A stretch of DNA of 64,000 nt from Leptogorgia sarmentosa (Eukaryota). This document shows positions 1-14,268 of the stretch, piece by piece (position 1 is the stretch's first letter; every line of letters begins with the position of its first letter). The translations under genes and the position numbers were made by a program. The notes beneath the pieces were generated by a model. It saw only the letters and a list, made by a program, of their open reading frames with translations, was not told where the DNA came from and searched no databases. The DNA is taken from contig OZ210884.1 of the NCBI GenBank assembly GCA_964658305.1, positions 5,580,001 through 5,644,000 on the forward strand. Reading direction: 5' to 3'.

Positions 1-881
1 TTTCATATTTAAACAGATCTGATGTATTAAAACTACATGTGTGTATTTAAGCCTTCCACAACACGTCTTGTAAACATCTGAATGGAAATCGGACACTGAA
101 TGCAAAAGTTTTATGGTTTTCAATTCATTGGTTTTGAGTCGATGACAAAATTAAACCACAAGTGTAGACGACGAAAAACTACTAGATTATTTTTATTTCA
201 TTTTTTATGTTACTTAATTGACAACATTTCATTATATTTCTTATTTTAAGAACCTTGCGTATAAGTTCTCATCCGTTCGAACATATCACTGATGCCAGAT
301 TAAAAAGTTTAATTCAGGGATATTATGATTTATGTGCATGCATGCATGTATGCGGGTATTACTAGAACGTTCATTTTAATCAGTTTTGATTGTTCATTTT
401 TGATGCACTTGGCAACCATAATTTATACGAAACGTCCCACATCGAAACACATCATTTGCATGCAAGTTATTTTGAAAACACGGCAAAAGCGGCGCCAGCA
501 ATGCAGCAGGCCATGCCATAAGTGCATGTCGCTTGTATTCAATTAATATATATACTACTATATTTAGAAATTAAATTAAAAATAGTTTAATTGAAGTTCA
601 TGCATGAAATATGTTCACTTATTTCTTTCGAGATATATGTATATTGCTTCACTTGGAACGGAAATTTCATTCTTATTGTTTTTGTACTAAATTTAAAATA
701 TTCTAGCATATTAATTCAATATTATGTTACTATGATTGTATTGACTAATAAATGTAACGATTTTGATTTTATCCAAGCCGGTGTAGGCTACGTGTCCTGT
801 GATAAACAGGGTTCAGTAATTTCATTAAGAAGGACCAAAGGCATTGAAATAAGTGTCCCATATAGGTAACTTAACGTTCAG

Positions 882-1120
882 GGGCCGATTGTTCGTAGCA
901 CGTTTAGCCTAAACGGTGGGTAAGTCCAAAATATCAAACACGTCTATGTGTTCATTGAAAAATAAAAATAAAAATTTTCAGTCTGAAAAGAACACTTGTG
1001 TACACAGCAACATATTTAGGGTTTAAAATTCATGTTCAGTTATTCACAAGATGAACGGGAGCGTAATTTAAATTTGACTTATCCACCGTTTAAGCTAAAC
1101 GGGCTACGAACAACCGGCCC
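882..1120. mobile_element. PIF/Harbinger-type MITE
   Basis: ~45-bp imperfect TIRs (GGGCCGATTGTTCGTAGCACGTTTAGCCTAAACGGTGG... / ...CCACCGTTTAAGCTAAACGGGCTACGAACAACCGGCCC). CAG lies on both flanks (879-881, 1121-1123), consistent with a 3-bp TSD. Confidence 0.8.
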
Positions 1121-1547
1121 CAGGATTTTTGCTTAAATTTTACAGTAAATTATTAATGAATTGTTCTCATAAAGAGATGATTTTTAGATTGATTCAGTGA
1201 TGCTCCAATTATACTTTGCACGCTTCAAGTTTAAGGTTTAAAGTTTTTACAGAGTAATATGGGAGGGAGCAACTTGTTTTGCACCAACTGCAATTAATTG
1301 GAATATTTACCCAAGAAAGCTACGAATTAGGTACCTGGACATCATGACATTCAAAAGCGGAAACTCTACAGACTCTACAGTTGTTTATCGTGCACTCCTA
1401 AGTCCTGACAGCCTTGTGTAGCAACTTCAAAAAATGACAATATAATCGTCAAGACTTGTTGTAAAGCCTTGATGCATAATGTTGACAGATTTTTCTGTGT
1501 TCATTTGATTGCCTGCAGCTCGCAGTTTTCATTTTTGACCATAATAG

Positions 1548-3731
1548 ATCGCCGGTATCTCAGTGTTTGCTGTGGGTATCTGGAGTCGTGTAGCAGCAGA
1601 CGATTACGAAGTACTACTTGGCGATAATGATGTCGACACAGCTGCGAATATTTTAATCGCAGCTGGGGTACTGGTGCTGGTTATTGGCATTGTTGGTTGC
1701 TGTGGTGCTATCAAGGAAAACAAGTGTTGTTTGTTACTGGTAACAAATATATGCTATAACTTGTAGCCTGCTGGAATGAAAATGTTTAAATCGCGCTTTT
1801 CACACCAAACTAATCTAGCACCAAAGATGAGATATTTCCTTACGACACGACACTAGTAAAGATTTTTGCCAACTTGAATGCCTTTCAAGATCATGAATAT
1901 TACCAAAATACCTGGACGATACCTAATGAGCATAATTGTATTTTATCTCCAGCCCAGGTGAGCAATCTTTGTCGATAAAACGTTTTAATTCCATTTTAGT
2001 ACTCCGTACTTGTCTTTCTCATCTTCATCCTTGAAATCGCAGCTGGAATCATGGCCTACAGAAATCGCGACAAGGTTGGTAATGGCTTAATATCTTACTG
2101 CATCAGTCAGGAATTATTGTCAGTGGGGCATATTTATACAAATATGGTTGCATGCTTTAAGATGGAAGAAGAGGTTACCAAAGCTATCACCACAACTGTC
2201 TTGAAAGAATATGGAAATCCTGATCATTCCAAAGTCACCAAGGCAATCGACTTTGCTCAGGAAAAGGTAAGTATAGATATAGGTTGTTTGCAATGGCGTA
2301 AATTTGGAATTTCAGTTGACGGGCAAGTAGGACGAAAATCGATCCATTGGAGACATTTTAAGATTTAGAGACATTTTAAGTCTCACATAGATGTGTTAAC
2401 GCGTCATTTTATCTTCCTACAAGCACTTGAATACTGAGAAAAATCGTGTACAAGTTTTTCAATTGCCCGTCATTTGGGCAAAAAGTCACGTGATTGCAAA
2501 CAAGCAATTGAGGAAAACAGAGTGATTCACCTTTATCCCGTTTATCATTCATTGTTGTATAGATTTTTATACATGTCAAATTGATATAAATCATGCAGTG
2601 AGTCAAGTACACGGTTGGCTTCTCGATCCACTGATAACGAAATGTCTTTGTCGTATTTTTAAGATCAAGTGTTGTGGAGCAGTGAACTACACAGACTGGA
2701 AACATTCTTACTGGGGCAATCACACAACAAAGAATAATGAAGTTCCAAGTTCTTGCTGCAAAAATGAAGACATCGCTAATTGTACCACAGCCCCTTTAAA
2801 CCCTAAAAACATTTACCAAGAGGTACAGGAAACCTAAACAAACGCGATTTATATGAAAAAATTATCGGAAGTAATTTGTCAAGATGATTATTATGCGATA
2901 ACCATCTTTAGTATAATTCAAAAAGAGAAAAATATAATTCTTCAATCTATTATATTCCGTAGCTATTTCCAGACCTTTTACTCAGATCAACTAGATGTGC
3001 TGTGGTTATATATCCTACGCTTTAGCTCGGTGTTTCTGATCGAATTCGTGTCGGTAGCTAGATATCATAATCGTTTAGCTAAACTTGTGAGTGCTGATCA
3101 TGTCCTTTAATTATATTACAGGGATGTATTGAAGGAATGAAAGATTGGGCGAAGGAACATCTTGTTGTCATTGGTGGCATTGGTGTTGGTATTGCAATCA
3201 TTCAAGTGAGTCGTAAATTCCTTTGATGATGGACTAGCTAGCACAATTTCATTCAAGTTGCAGGTTTCTGTTGAGGGTTTATTGTCAGACCATGGTATTA
3301 CAGGCTCAATTTGCTGCAGGCGGCCATCTTGTTTTGGATATCAGGATGAAATATTCTTATAATACTTTTTATAACAGAGCAACGCGCTAGTAATCCTTTA
3401 CGAATGTTATCCTGCCTCGTTCTTATTTTAGCAAAATTTACTTTAATTTATATATTTTAATTTTAGACAAAATAGAACAGAATCTGACAATAATTCTTTA
3501 AGTAATGACGAGATAGTCTTCATTGGGCGAAATGTGTGTTGAAAGTTCCTGGAATGGAAATTATATGTCGATTACTTGACGATGAATGCGAATCTCAATA
3601 TACCCTACTTGCTACTTATGCCGTATATAATTCTGTTCCTCTATATGGAGTTATCATAATTTTTATTTCAGATTCTTGGAATGGTTTTTGCAATCTGTCT
3701 GTTCCGGGCAATTGGTTATGAGAAGATTTAG
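1548..3731 (+). CDS. Tetraspanin, CD63-like (5' exon with TM1 not found in window)
   Basis: GT-AG exons 1548-1739, 2000-2074, 2162-2266, 2664-2822, 3122-3205, 3672-3731 join in frame. Motifs: GCCGAIKENKCCLL, LEIAAGI, EC2 CCG...W...VPSSCC...GC, TM4. The C-terminus is GYEKI*. Confidence 0.92.
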
Positions 3732-3808
3732 AAAACCTTCATAGTAATATCTTATTTTCAATGAGTAAAATTTGCTGCACGGTTGAAAACTCACGTCGAT
3801 TATATCAG

Positions 3809-4286
3809 CATTCTCGTACCCAGGGCCGTTCTATTGGCAGGCGAGAGCATATACAAACAGCTAGAATGCTAGTTGTCTGATTATCTGACAGACCAAAACA
3901 TAATTATATTTTGATGTTACGCAGTCGCGAAAACGGTTAGCTATTGGGTTAGATGGGGACAGGGTTAGGCATTAGCCTTGAAGTTAATGTTATGGTTGGG
4001 GGGATAGGAAATGCTAGAAATGAATTAGTGTGCGTAACATGAAAATATAACCCACTTCATCTCATATAAGCAATCACAAATCCATCATACATACATCATC
4101 TGATGTTCATAAAGTTATGATGATCTTATTCATCTTCAGTGATTCTCTATCGAGAATAGAGACATCTCGATCGTTTGCATGTCTATCTACATCACAGATA
4201 ACAGAACATGGTATTTCAATTCAAGTTTTTGGTTTCAACCCCTCATCGTACTGTCCGAGATATAGAGGGTACTGGAGACGAGAATG
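3809..4286. mobile_element. Degenerate TIR element in tetraspanin 3' region
   Basis: CATTCTCGTACCCAG at the left end versus CTGGAGACGAGAATG at the right end (imperfect inverted repeat), with internal GGGTTAG-like repeats. Confidence 0.45.
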
Positions 4287-7200
4287 ATGTAGCTTACTTT
4301 TAAACATGATTTATTAAAATATAATTAAGAATTTTATTTCACGAAGGAGTACATTTAACGGCCTTTTTGGTTCTCCAAAGTATATTTCAATGTAAAATAT
4401 ATTATATTTTTAAATATCTACACAACCTACATCCTCCTAGGACTTGCACTCGAGGGGATGGAAATCGCACTACCTCACGTAGCCTCTCGCAAAATACATG
4501 TGAACTGAGAAAATTGCACGCGGGTGTGAATTACATCGATCTTTGTTTCGTCAGAAAAAAATTCCTGAGATTTTAGCGAGTTTTTTCGTCGGTACTACCG
4601 AAAGTAGGTCGTATTTTGTAGCGTATTAGTGTCCACTAGGTTTAGCTATGTAATTTTGTCTTGATTAAAATATTAAAATAGATTATTAGGTGAAAGTTAA
4701 ACATGTTGTGAGTATGAAATATATTTGTGTGCCTATCGTGTTCTTTTGATCTATTTTTAAATCTCCTATTCAAAATCTACCATTCAAACATCACACCTAC
4801 GGTAAAGACAACGTATAGTCCCATTAAGGTGGCTCCATGCAGCAATATTCAGTTGGTCTCTTGAGGGAGGAAATTAACGTGATATTCTCGCGTGAGCAGT
4901 TTTTCATCCACTTCAACATTCTGCTGTCACAAAAGTTTGATTTCCAGAAAGAATGCATCAACTAAAATAGATGTTTTTTACAAATATAGATATAATAGCA
5001 TTACGTTTTTCATTTTTTGTCAGATGTGAAAAATATCACAAGAAGAAGTGAGCAATATAGGCTAATTCGAGCGGTAGTGGCGCGTTGACTTTGATGCTCT
5101 GCAAAATTCATCTTTTCAAGTTTCAACATCGAGTAATTTCAGCCTGGGCTGATATTTCATCCCGGCTGTTGATGTATGCAAAGAATAATGTGAATAAGAA
5201 ACACGAATTCATGTTATTAAAGTTTAAATTATTCAAACTTTACTCCCCTTTTGAAAAGACAGCTATGCAGGCCGAAATTTCTCTATGTATGAATCCTTTG
5301 TATGCTCAGGATTTGAACAAGGCTGGCCGTAGGAGCATGATTTGCACATTCATTGTGACTGAAAAACACAAGTGAGTGATTAATAATAACACCAGTGGAT
5401 GACGTTGAAATGAAATATGATCTTCAGTGATATTATCTTATGAATATATTATTATGGAATTTAATCATTCACCAGAGGTGAACTTTCTGAACTATGTTAT
5501 GATTTAAAATTGCTGACTATACTACAAGGCTACGTAATACACTTCACCTTGTTCTTGTGTGGCGAAATGTTTTCCTAATAATAACAATATCCCCAACATG
5601 GCAGACTGGCAAGGAAACAAATAGATTGTAGTTATTAAATTCAGACTGACGATCAGCAAACGACGCAAGCTCTATACGCGCGGCAGAATTCAACGATCTG
5701 TGAAGTATCATAAAGAGTATAGGCAACATTTGTAGAAATTTTGACTTTGTGATGTTTAATGGTAAGTTGATAATATTAGAATAGATTGTATACACATGCC
5801 AAAACTCACGCTTTGTCGTATTTATTTCGTATGATTTCATTTACTACAATCTCATGTATGTCGTATTATTATCAAGATTCGTATGGTCGTATGGAAATTA
5901 AAACCTTTATTACTTGTTAGCTTTATACACAGATATCGTGGTAGCAATATAGCTTAATACTGCTTGGGCTGGTTGGACACGACACTGAACAAATTTAGTT
6001 CTGATTTTTCCCCCCTTGACGGGATAAAACTGAATCTCCCAATCGTGTACGCTTGATTTTCTCTGGACTTAAGTATAATTGCGAAGTTGCTCGTCATGTT
6101 TTTATTACTTAACTTGTTTGCCATCGTTTGCCGGCCGTTTTGGCTTTAATTTAATCAACCAGGCAAACAAAATAACGTATTAGAGGACCTAGAGGTCAAC
6201 TTTGGTGGGTATAAACTATAAAGTTGAACGATAGAGCTAGTGACGTCGTTGATATAAATGAAATACAATGCCATGCAAGCCTTCTCACAAGCTACGTAAG
6301 TTGTTTAAAATTGGCCAATATTAAAATATTCTCACGAAACATTTGAATGAAAGCAAATCCCAAGGTCTATTAGATGCTAAATTGTATAAAGTTGGCAAAA
6401 ATTAAGATATTCTCATGAAACACTTGATCCAACTTGATCCCACATTCCCACCGCCCACGATCCCAGTCAACTGTCAACATCGCCACAAGGAATTAAAAAC
6501 TCCGTTTAGTAATTTAAAACTAGGTTACCTGGAAGGTAGGGACTGCTGCGAGTAATTGCGTAGTGTAGGGTAGACAAGTAAGTTGTTATATGAAGGGTCT
6601 ACCTGGTCTGCTTATATGAAGGGACTCTACTTGACATTTTGTAATGATTTGCATTGATTAGTTATAGTTGCTGGAAAAAATTGTACCGATGTTTGCTGTA
6701 GCTATTGCTGTTTTTAACTTTGTTCAGTCAGAGGTATTATATTAGTTATTATTGTAGTTAATAACTATAATATTGCATGTTTACAGAAAAGTTATAGCTT
6801 TCTGACATTTGTATTGTACCTGTAACGAAATTATTATATTGTAAAAAAACTGAAAAAATGGAATAAACAACAACAAAGGAAATCAAGAACATCCATGTAT
6901 GGGATGCTAGACGAACTATAAGTGTGTCTAACCAAAGGTAACCAGTACGTAACAAGACTTTGACTACTTTGACTATATGTAGCATAAAAGATTTTGCTTG
7001 TGTATATTTCGACATGCACATTTAAATTATTAATAATAAATAATCTAGTGTTAGCCCAACCTAATCCAGGACAAATCTAAGCCAAACAACATAATCCAGC
7101 TTCATAACTTGATAAAATTAATGTGGTATAAATCATCTACGTAAGCGTTCACTAAATATACAGTGAGAATAACAAGTTTGTGCAGCTTGGAATTATTGAT

Positions 7201-7597
7201 TAAATTTCGGGAGATTTTTCAGCAGGCAATAAGATACGTATACATACATCATCTACATCTAGCAAATGTGGACGTAATCATTACCAAATTCCATGAAAAG
7301 GTATTTCCAGCAGTTTTGCTTTTATAAATCTAATAGTGTGACGAGCATTTTTTGTACATGTTAACCGAACAACGCGTATTTGGGTTTCAGATCATGATAC
7401 TCTTATTCTTGCCCCCACCCCCATTTTATGAATCATGAGCTACTGACCATGACGTGGGTACGAATAACAAGGTAATACAAAACTGGCCTCACAAATCTTT
7501 GTCGCTGAATGTATTAATACCCTTATAACCTGGATTTTGCTGATAGTTTGTAGCTGCAAACGTATTCAATTCTATCCCCAAGGTATTTCATAAAACC

Positions 7598-8488
7598 ATG
7601 AATGAAAGAAGCATCATCACAGTAACAATTATTGGAGTGTGCAGTTTTATTATATTTTTGGTTGGATTAATATTGACGATTATTTTCCTGAGAAGAAGGC
7701 AAGTACAGTGTACAATTTTATCCGATTAGTTGACGCATGTGTTGTTTTTTCTGCCTGGCACTTATTAGTTGATGAATTTTACTCTATCTACAATGTATGT
7801 ACTACGATAACCAGATGTCGCTGAGGCAATCAATACACTTGTCCCAAGTATTATGTAATAAATGTGTTCAGTGCTGAACAACTCATCTGACCTATTTCGC
7901 GTAATTGCAATGCAGTTATGTTCGACTGTGTCAATGAAATCCGTCAAATTAATCATTCGCCTTGTCCTGACAGACAATGAAATACGCCTGCGATATATAA
8001 TTCATGGAAATTTTTAAATGATATCTAATAAGTATTTAGTTGGATAAACGTTAATTAATCTCCAATCAGCATGAGTTGCAATATTATTGAACTTACCCCA
8101 ATGTTGAACCGGCGTTCAAAGCATTTCTGCTAGCTAAGGTTGAACCATGATTGTAGACCAAGATCAGACGTCACAATTTTGACGCCGGCCAGTGAAAAAC
8201 ATCTCAAATCGTATCTCTGAGCATTTGTTAAAATTTAGATGCAGAAAATCCAAAGCGACAACACAGAAAACAGATAAAAACTCTCTGGCTACAACATCAC
8301 CATCAGAGGAAGGTTTTACTAATGTTGCTCTTGATGAAGATGGCTTGGTTTCTGCCACTAAACAACGAACGCCAGTGGTTAAAGATAAGACGGAGAGCTC
8401 TCAGGTCCTGGATCCGAAGCTTGAAGAAATGTTGGACAATGCTTACGCTGATGCAAGACAATTTGCAAAGTTTCCTCATATGCCATGA
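7598..8488 (+). CDS. Orphan single-pass membrane protein (116 aa), two coding exons, GC-AG intron
   Basis: Exon 7598-7698 (MNERSIITVTIIGVCSFIIFLVGLILTIIFLRR) ends at AG|GCAAGT. The acceptor TTTAG at 8238 joins in the matching phase to 8239-8488 (RCRKSK...FAKFPHMP*). A hydrophobic helix is followed by a basic stop-transfer segment. Confidence 0.6.
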
Positions 8489-10218
8489 CATATAATTCAT
8501 GGGAGTGTTTCAGGTGTGTAAAAAAATTAATTTGAACGAGGGAGCGTAGAACTAACCCTAATAACTAACAATCATAATATGATTTTGACAACACAAACTT
8601 TGCATCAAAATATGACCAGAGTGAGGCTATTTCACATGCAGCGTGTCTGAACTGGCCTCGACAGGTGGGAAAAATCTCACATCTTAATCTCTAAAGACTT
8701 CTTTAATTAGAAATATTTTCTCCTGTCTATTAGATAATATTACGACGACGTCTTTCCAGGAAAACTGATGAGGACAATAAATTGATTGATAATAAATGTA
8801 TTAAAACACGAGCAGCCGATCCTAATTTGTGATTATTCTTAACGCTAGCCGTTCTGAATGAAATATAGATCGAATGTGAATGTTTTATATTGCTGAAGAA
8901 TGATTCTAGCAACTACAGTATTAATATGTTTTTGTAAATATGTAACGGTTGTTTTCGACAACAAAATTGAGAAGAAATCTGTATCCGATTGTGAAATATT
9001 GCATGCTGATATAGAATTAAATATAATAAAACTTATTATTACCTTCTATATTTAAATTAAAATGAATAGACTATGCCTGACAACTTGAATAAATGTTTTT
9101 TTTTGACATTGAAAGATTTTCAGTTTTTTGTTTTTGTTCTTCACCGCAAAAATTCGATTTCTACGCTAGAATTTTGAGATATTTATGTTATTTTTTTATA
9201 TATATATTTTTGTTAGTTTAAAAAAGTTTTTTCTTGAGATGAGATAATAATTCTTGCTCTTAGAAAAATTCTTGATATAAGAAATTAAATTACCTAATGT
9301 ATGTTTAAGAATTTTTGCACGGTGCAACAAAGATTGGTTACATAATTATAAATTTAACAAGCAGCAAGAGTTGTACTCAATACTGGAAGATTCGAACCTG
9401 CATGTTGGTGACAAAAATATCAAATCGAAATAAAGTATATTACGAGTGGATTTCTATCTGACAGCTAGTCCCAGTCCTTTTATGTGTATTGAGATCATCT
9501 GGATGTTGGACGAACATCAAAGCAACGTAACCGTCTTTGAGAGGTGTTTACACTATCAAATACCTGAATGAAAGTATACTTTGACCACAGAAGTATACTT
9601 TGTCGTAGTGCGACGTGCGTGCATGTCGAACTTCAGGGATTCCGACTCGAGTTGCCTTTCAGTTTATTTTCCATTCTGTATGTTTAGCAAAAGCAGCTTT
9701 AAAGAGATTAACTAAATGATTGTCAATTCAACGTTAAAGGATTTGCACCGATTGAGGGATTAACTGAATGAGATACATGACAGTGTTTACACTTTGCTAA
9801 CTGGTGAAAATTTAGGGCATTTTGCAAATGGATTTCCCTATGGGAAATGGTACTGTAAGAAAAAACCCAAGAATTACTTGAAATCGTAGAAAGATATTCA
9901 ACCATGTACAATGATGGTACGATTCTTCCATATCGCAGAGTTAGAATCCTGCACGCAGTACATCTTTATAAGCATACTTAATATTCAGTGCATTAAAACT
10001 GCTAACAATGTAGTATTTGCATATAAATAGAATGTGATGCTATTTAAATATTTATATAGGAGCTGACGTATAGGAGAATAGAAATTTGAACAATACAAGG
10101 TCATTAGCTTGTATTGTGACAAAAAAAGAGGCTATTAATTAGGCATCCCATGTTTGCGTCGTACACATTTAATTTCAACATTTCGAAGACGTTTGGTGTA
10201 CAACCTTCAGATTTGAAA

Positions 10219-13200
10219 ATGTTGTTTCGATTTGTTTGTATTGTACTAATATTGAGAGCGTTTGGAGTATATTCCAGCAAAAATACGACACAAAACTACG
10301 ATCTTTGCAAAACTGGCCCAGCTATAACCAGCCTTAATGGCAGGATTTATGCGACAATCGGCGTGGATTGCAACAGAATTATTTTAGCCCCACAAGGCTA
10401 CCGAATTGAGGTGAATGTCACAGAGAATGCGAAGATAAGAGAGGAAAATCCGATGGATATTTTTGATGGTGCTACGACGTTTGACAATCCAAATCGTGTG
10501 AAGATAACTCGCTATAGAAGCTCACAGAATCATAGAGTCGTAAGTTCAAGCAATGCTGTCTTCATACATATCGATAAAATTACTTCAAAGGATACAAATG
10601 TTGAGATTATTTATCGGATGTTTCGACACATCCCGGAACTTTGTGCATGTTTACCGGTAAGTCACGCCGAAACCACTTGCTATTTTTCCTTTCGCTTCAT
10701 TCGAGATGATGACCTCGTCAAAATGTGCAATGTCGGTTGCGAACAGGATCATTTTATTGTCAACCGAATTTTTAATGGCGATTTCAGAATGCGGTGCTAT
10801 TTAGGCAATACCGATCCTGGAAATAGTGAGGTAACTGAAGGAACATGGCGGGCTGTGGGGCAATTTGAAACATTGGCCGATGATCAACTTATAACCTGTT
10901 CTCCTACCTATTCAACTACTCGACTCAAAATTGGCTACAAATTTAGCTATATCAATGTATCTTGTGGGCAGGTGAACGAAACTACGTTTGAGAACAAAAT
11001 ACGACAATATATTTCAAGCGTTGGGCCCGTGGCGAATGTAAGTCAATGTTTTAAAAGTCAAATCGCCAAAGATAATATAAATTGTAGTGTTAAAAGCGTG
11101 AACATCACATGCACGCCCAATGGCAAGTCAGTAGAAGTCTTGTTGACAATTCGTGATAATATTATAGATTCAAGCAATGAAACAATTGTCTTCCAGAGGT
11201 TCTACCACCTGTATTCACAATATGAGTCACACCTAGTGTTTCCACGGAAACTTTTCACATTTATAAACCGTAACCTAACAGTTAATAGTACCCAAGCAAC
11301 TAGTATTTCATATGAATACGTGAAACCGTTAATGGAGGACTGTCCTGAAAATGCGGTGACCAAAAGCGACTATACCATCCGTAAATATGGTTGTTTAAAC
11401 TGCCCACGTAATTTTGTTCCTCAAGCTAATCTATTTTACTGCAAAGAATGTGAAAATGGAACTCGGAGGTACGCATACGAGGCGACCTGTGTTCGAGGTT
11501 CGCGTAGCTATCCTGAACCATCTCAAAAACTGTGCAAACATACATGTGATTTAGGGAAATATTTTACCTACAACTCATCGATATGTGAATGGTGCCCATA
11601 TGGTACCTACCAAAATTCCACCACCACCTTCAATCCACAGTGTAGCCCGTGTCCAGGTGGGCTGACGACAGGATTTGTCGGAGCAAGAAACATTTCAGAA
11701 TGTATCAATCTTTGTCCTGCTGGCTCTTACCTGAAGTACACAAAGTGCTTTGAATGTGGTGTGGGTCAATTTATGCCCAATGCAAGTCATAGGTTCCTCA
11801 ATTGTTACCAGTGCCCTGATGGTTACACCACATTGGATGTTGGCACCGTAGATGGTTGTGTTACGAAATGTACTGTCGGAGAATATTTTAATATGACTCT
11901 TCAAAACTGTACGTTGTGTCCAAATAACACCTACCAGGATGAAATTAATGATACGAACACTCGAATATGTAAAAAGTGTCCACAAAACACCACCACGGCC
12001 CAGACTGGTTCAACCTCGTTCTCAGACTGTCTTGGACCATGCAGTTCTGGCCAGTATATCGACATTGCTGCACAGAAATGTTTACCCTGTGTCGTGAACA
12101 CTTACCAGGATAAAACACAGCATTTGAGTTTTAGTTGTGAATCTTGTGGTCAGCACAAAATCACCCTAACGACTGGCGCAACCAACTTTTCTGAATGCAT
12201 TTACACGTGTGCTAAAGGAAGATTCTTCAATTTGACAAGTGAAGGTTGTGAACAATGTCCAATAAACACGCACCAAAATGAACTAGGAAACGATGCTTGT
12301 AAGTCGTGTCCAGGAAATACATTCACATTAAGAACTGGCTCTGAAAATTGTATCACTCCCTGTGGACTGGGAGAGTTTTTGAACAAATCTGCCGAAAAAT
12401 GTATGAAATGCCTTCGAGGGTTTTATCAAAATATATCTGAGTATACTTCGGAGATTTGTCAGCCTTGTCCAATGGATTTTTATGGCGACAAAACTGGTCA
12501 ACCAAATTGTACATCTTGTAAGAATGGTAGCATAACGCTGATGAAAGGCGCGAGCGACATGTCGGAATGCATAGAGTCCTGCCAACCTGGTTATTATTTG
12601 AATAAAACTATCAGAAGTTGTCAACAATGTTCAAAAGGATTCTATCAAGATAAAACAGGATATAGGGATGAGTTTTGCATAAAATGTAAAAGCGCCAACC
12701 TTACAACGCTTGGAATAAGTGCAAAATCCTCAGAGGAATGTGTTGGGTATTGTGAATCATCGCCCTGTTTGAATGGCGCGATTTGTTCGAATATTGAAAA
12801 CGATTTTAACTGCACTTGTCCGAAATTTCTAACAGGAAAACAATGTGAAACAATTGTTGACCGTAATATTTCAGATACGATGCAAATTTCAATCCGATTT
12901 CCAGCTTTAATTTGGAATGATAATCTGCAAAGTCGTGAAAGTGATGAATTTAAGGAGATTGCTTCGAGGATCGAAAAGATTATTCGAGCTGAGTTTGAAA
13001 GTGATCCTACATTCCGCACCGTAAAAGTTGTGGGATTTCTCAGGCCTAGGGGAAGTGTTATCAGTGACGTACAGTTTACGTATGTTGGTGGCGTTACCTT
13101 TCTCACCCCTGTGGATATGCTGACTAAAGTGATATCTAACGGTACTCTTGGTAACTTAACAGTGGATCCTGGAGCTGTAAGCATAACCAATTATACTTGC

Positions 13201-14268
13201 TCTCAGCCTCTTGGAATGGAGAACCGTCGCATACCTGATAAGGCAATAACATCTGGTATAGGTACATATTACCACCCACCCAAAAACGCTCGTCTTAACC
13301 ACCCTGGTTCTGGCTGGGCTCCCCGCTACTTCTCGGAGGAAGAAGATTATTTACAAGTCGACTTTCTGGAAGAGATATGGTTGACAGGAATTGCAACACA
13401 AGGTTCATCCTATGAAGGTGGTAGTTGGCTGAGAGCTTTTTATTTTGAAACTAGTTCCAATGGTCAGGATTGGTCGCCCTATGTTGGAGAATACATCAGC
13501 CGACACGTAAGTAATTGACTGATACAACAGCAATCATGTATACTAGGTCATTGTTGTATTTCTTTGCCTCTGTAAAAATGATCAACATTTGATGCTTCAT
13601 GGATTCATATTCTTGATGCTGAAACCCACCAATTCGTTGCGAATTTTCCAAATCGATGTAATGCAACAAAATGCGGCACCAAAGATGTTGTGCCATTTTC
13701 TTTTAATCACAACGTTATTTCATGTTCTCAGGTTTTTGTAGCAAACGATGATATTGATACTGTGGTTCGCAACACGTTACCATACGACATGAAGACACGT
13801 TACGTCAGAATGTTTGAATACCATTTCAAAAACTGGATAAGTTTTCGTGTGGAATTTTATGGTTGTCCTATTCCAAAAACTTTGCCATTACCAACACAGA
13901 CACCGTTACCTACTAAACAACCAACAGTCAAAAACAACGGTACAATACATCCAAGTAAGGAATCTATTATAATTAGCATTGTCTACTAGACATATACACA
14001 TAATGCCTTTACAATTTAACCAGTATAATTATGTTTGTTCTCAAACTATATTCATAATTTTTCTTTAGGTAGCACAGCTGTTACTCCAGATGATGATGAA
14101 GATGATGGTGGTGGTAATGTTGGATTAATTGTGGGGATAACAATTGGTGCGTTTGCAGGCTGCATAATTGTCATTCTCCTTTTATGGTTTAAATTTAAAC
14201 GAAACAATAAGTCTCATTCAACGAGTACATCCAGTGTTGCTGTCATTCATCTTAAAGAAACTAAATGA
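10219..14268 (+). CDS. Type I membrane protein: signal peptide, CUB-like, ~8 Cys-rich ephrin-receptor-like (GCC2/GCC3) repeats, EGF, SEA, F5/8 type C (discoidin), TM, short tail
   Basis: Exons 10219-13506, 13732-13954 (alternative donor at 13939), 14069-14268. Motifs: MLFRFVCIVLILRAFG signal; CxxCPxGTYQ-type repeats; CESSPCLNGAIC...CTCP...GKQCE EGF; SEA with GSVI; CSQPLGME...YLQVDF...GIATQG...RVEFYGC discoidin; TM VGLIVGITIGAFAGCIIVILLLWF. Confidence 0.88.

Noticed and set aside
10150..10218. Upstream ATG for the large receptor
   Set aside because: The signal peptide fits the ATG at 10219, and an acceptor-like TTCAG precedes it at 10210.
11695..13190. Antisense ORFs within the large exon, and similar shadow ORFs over MADD and the GPCRs
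   Set aside because: Shadows of real coding sequence with no recognisable motifs.
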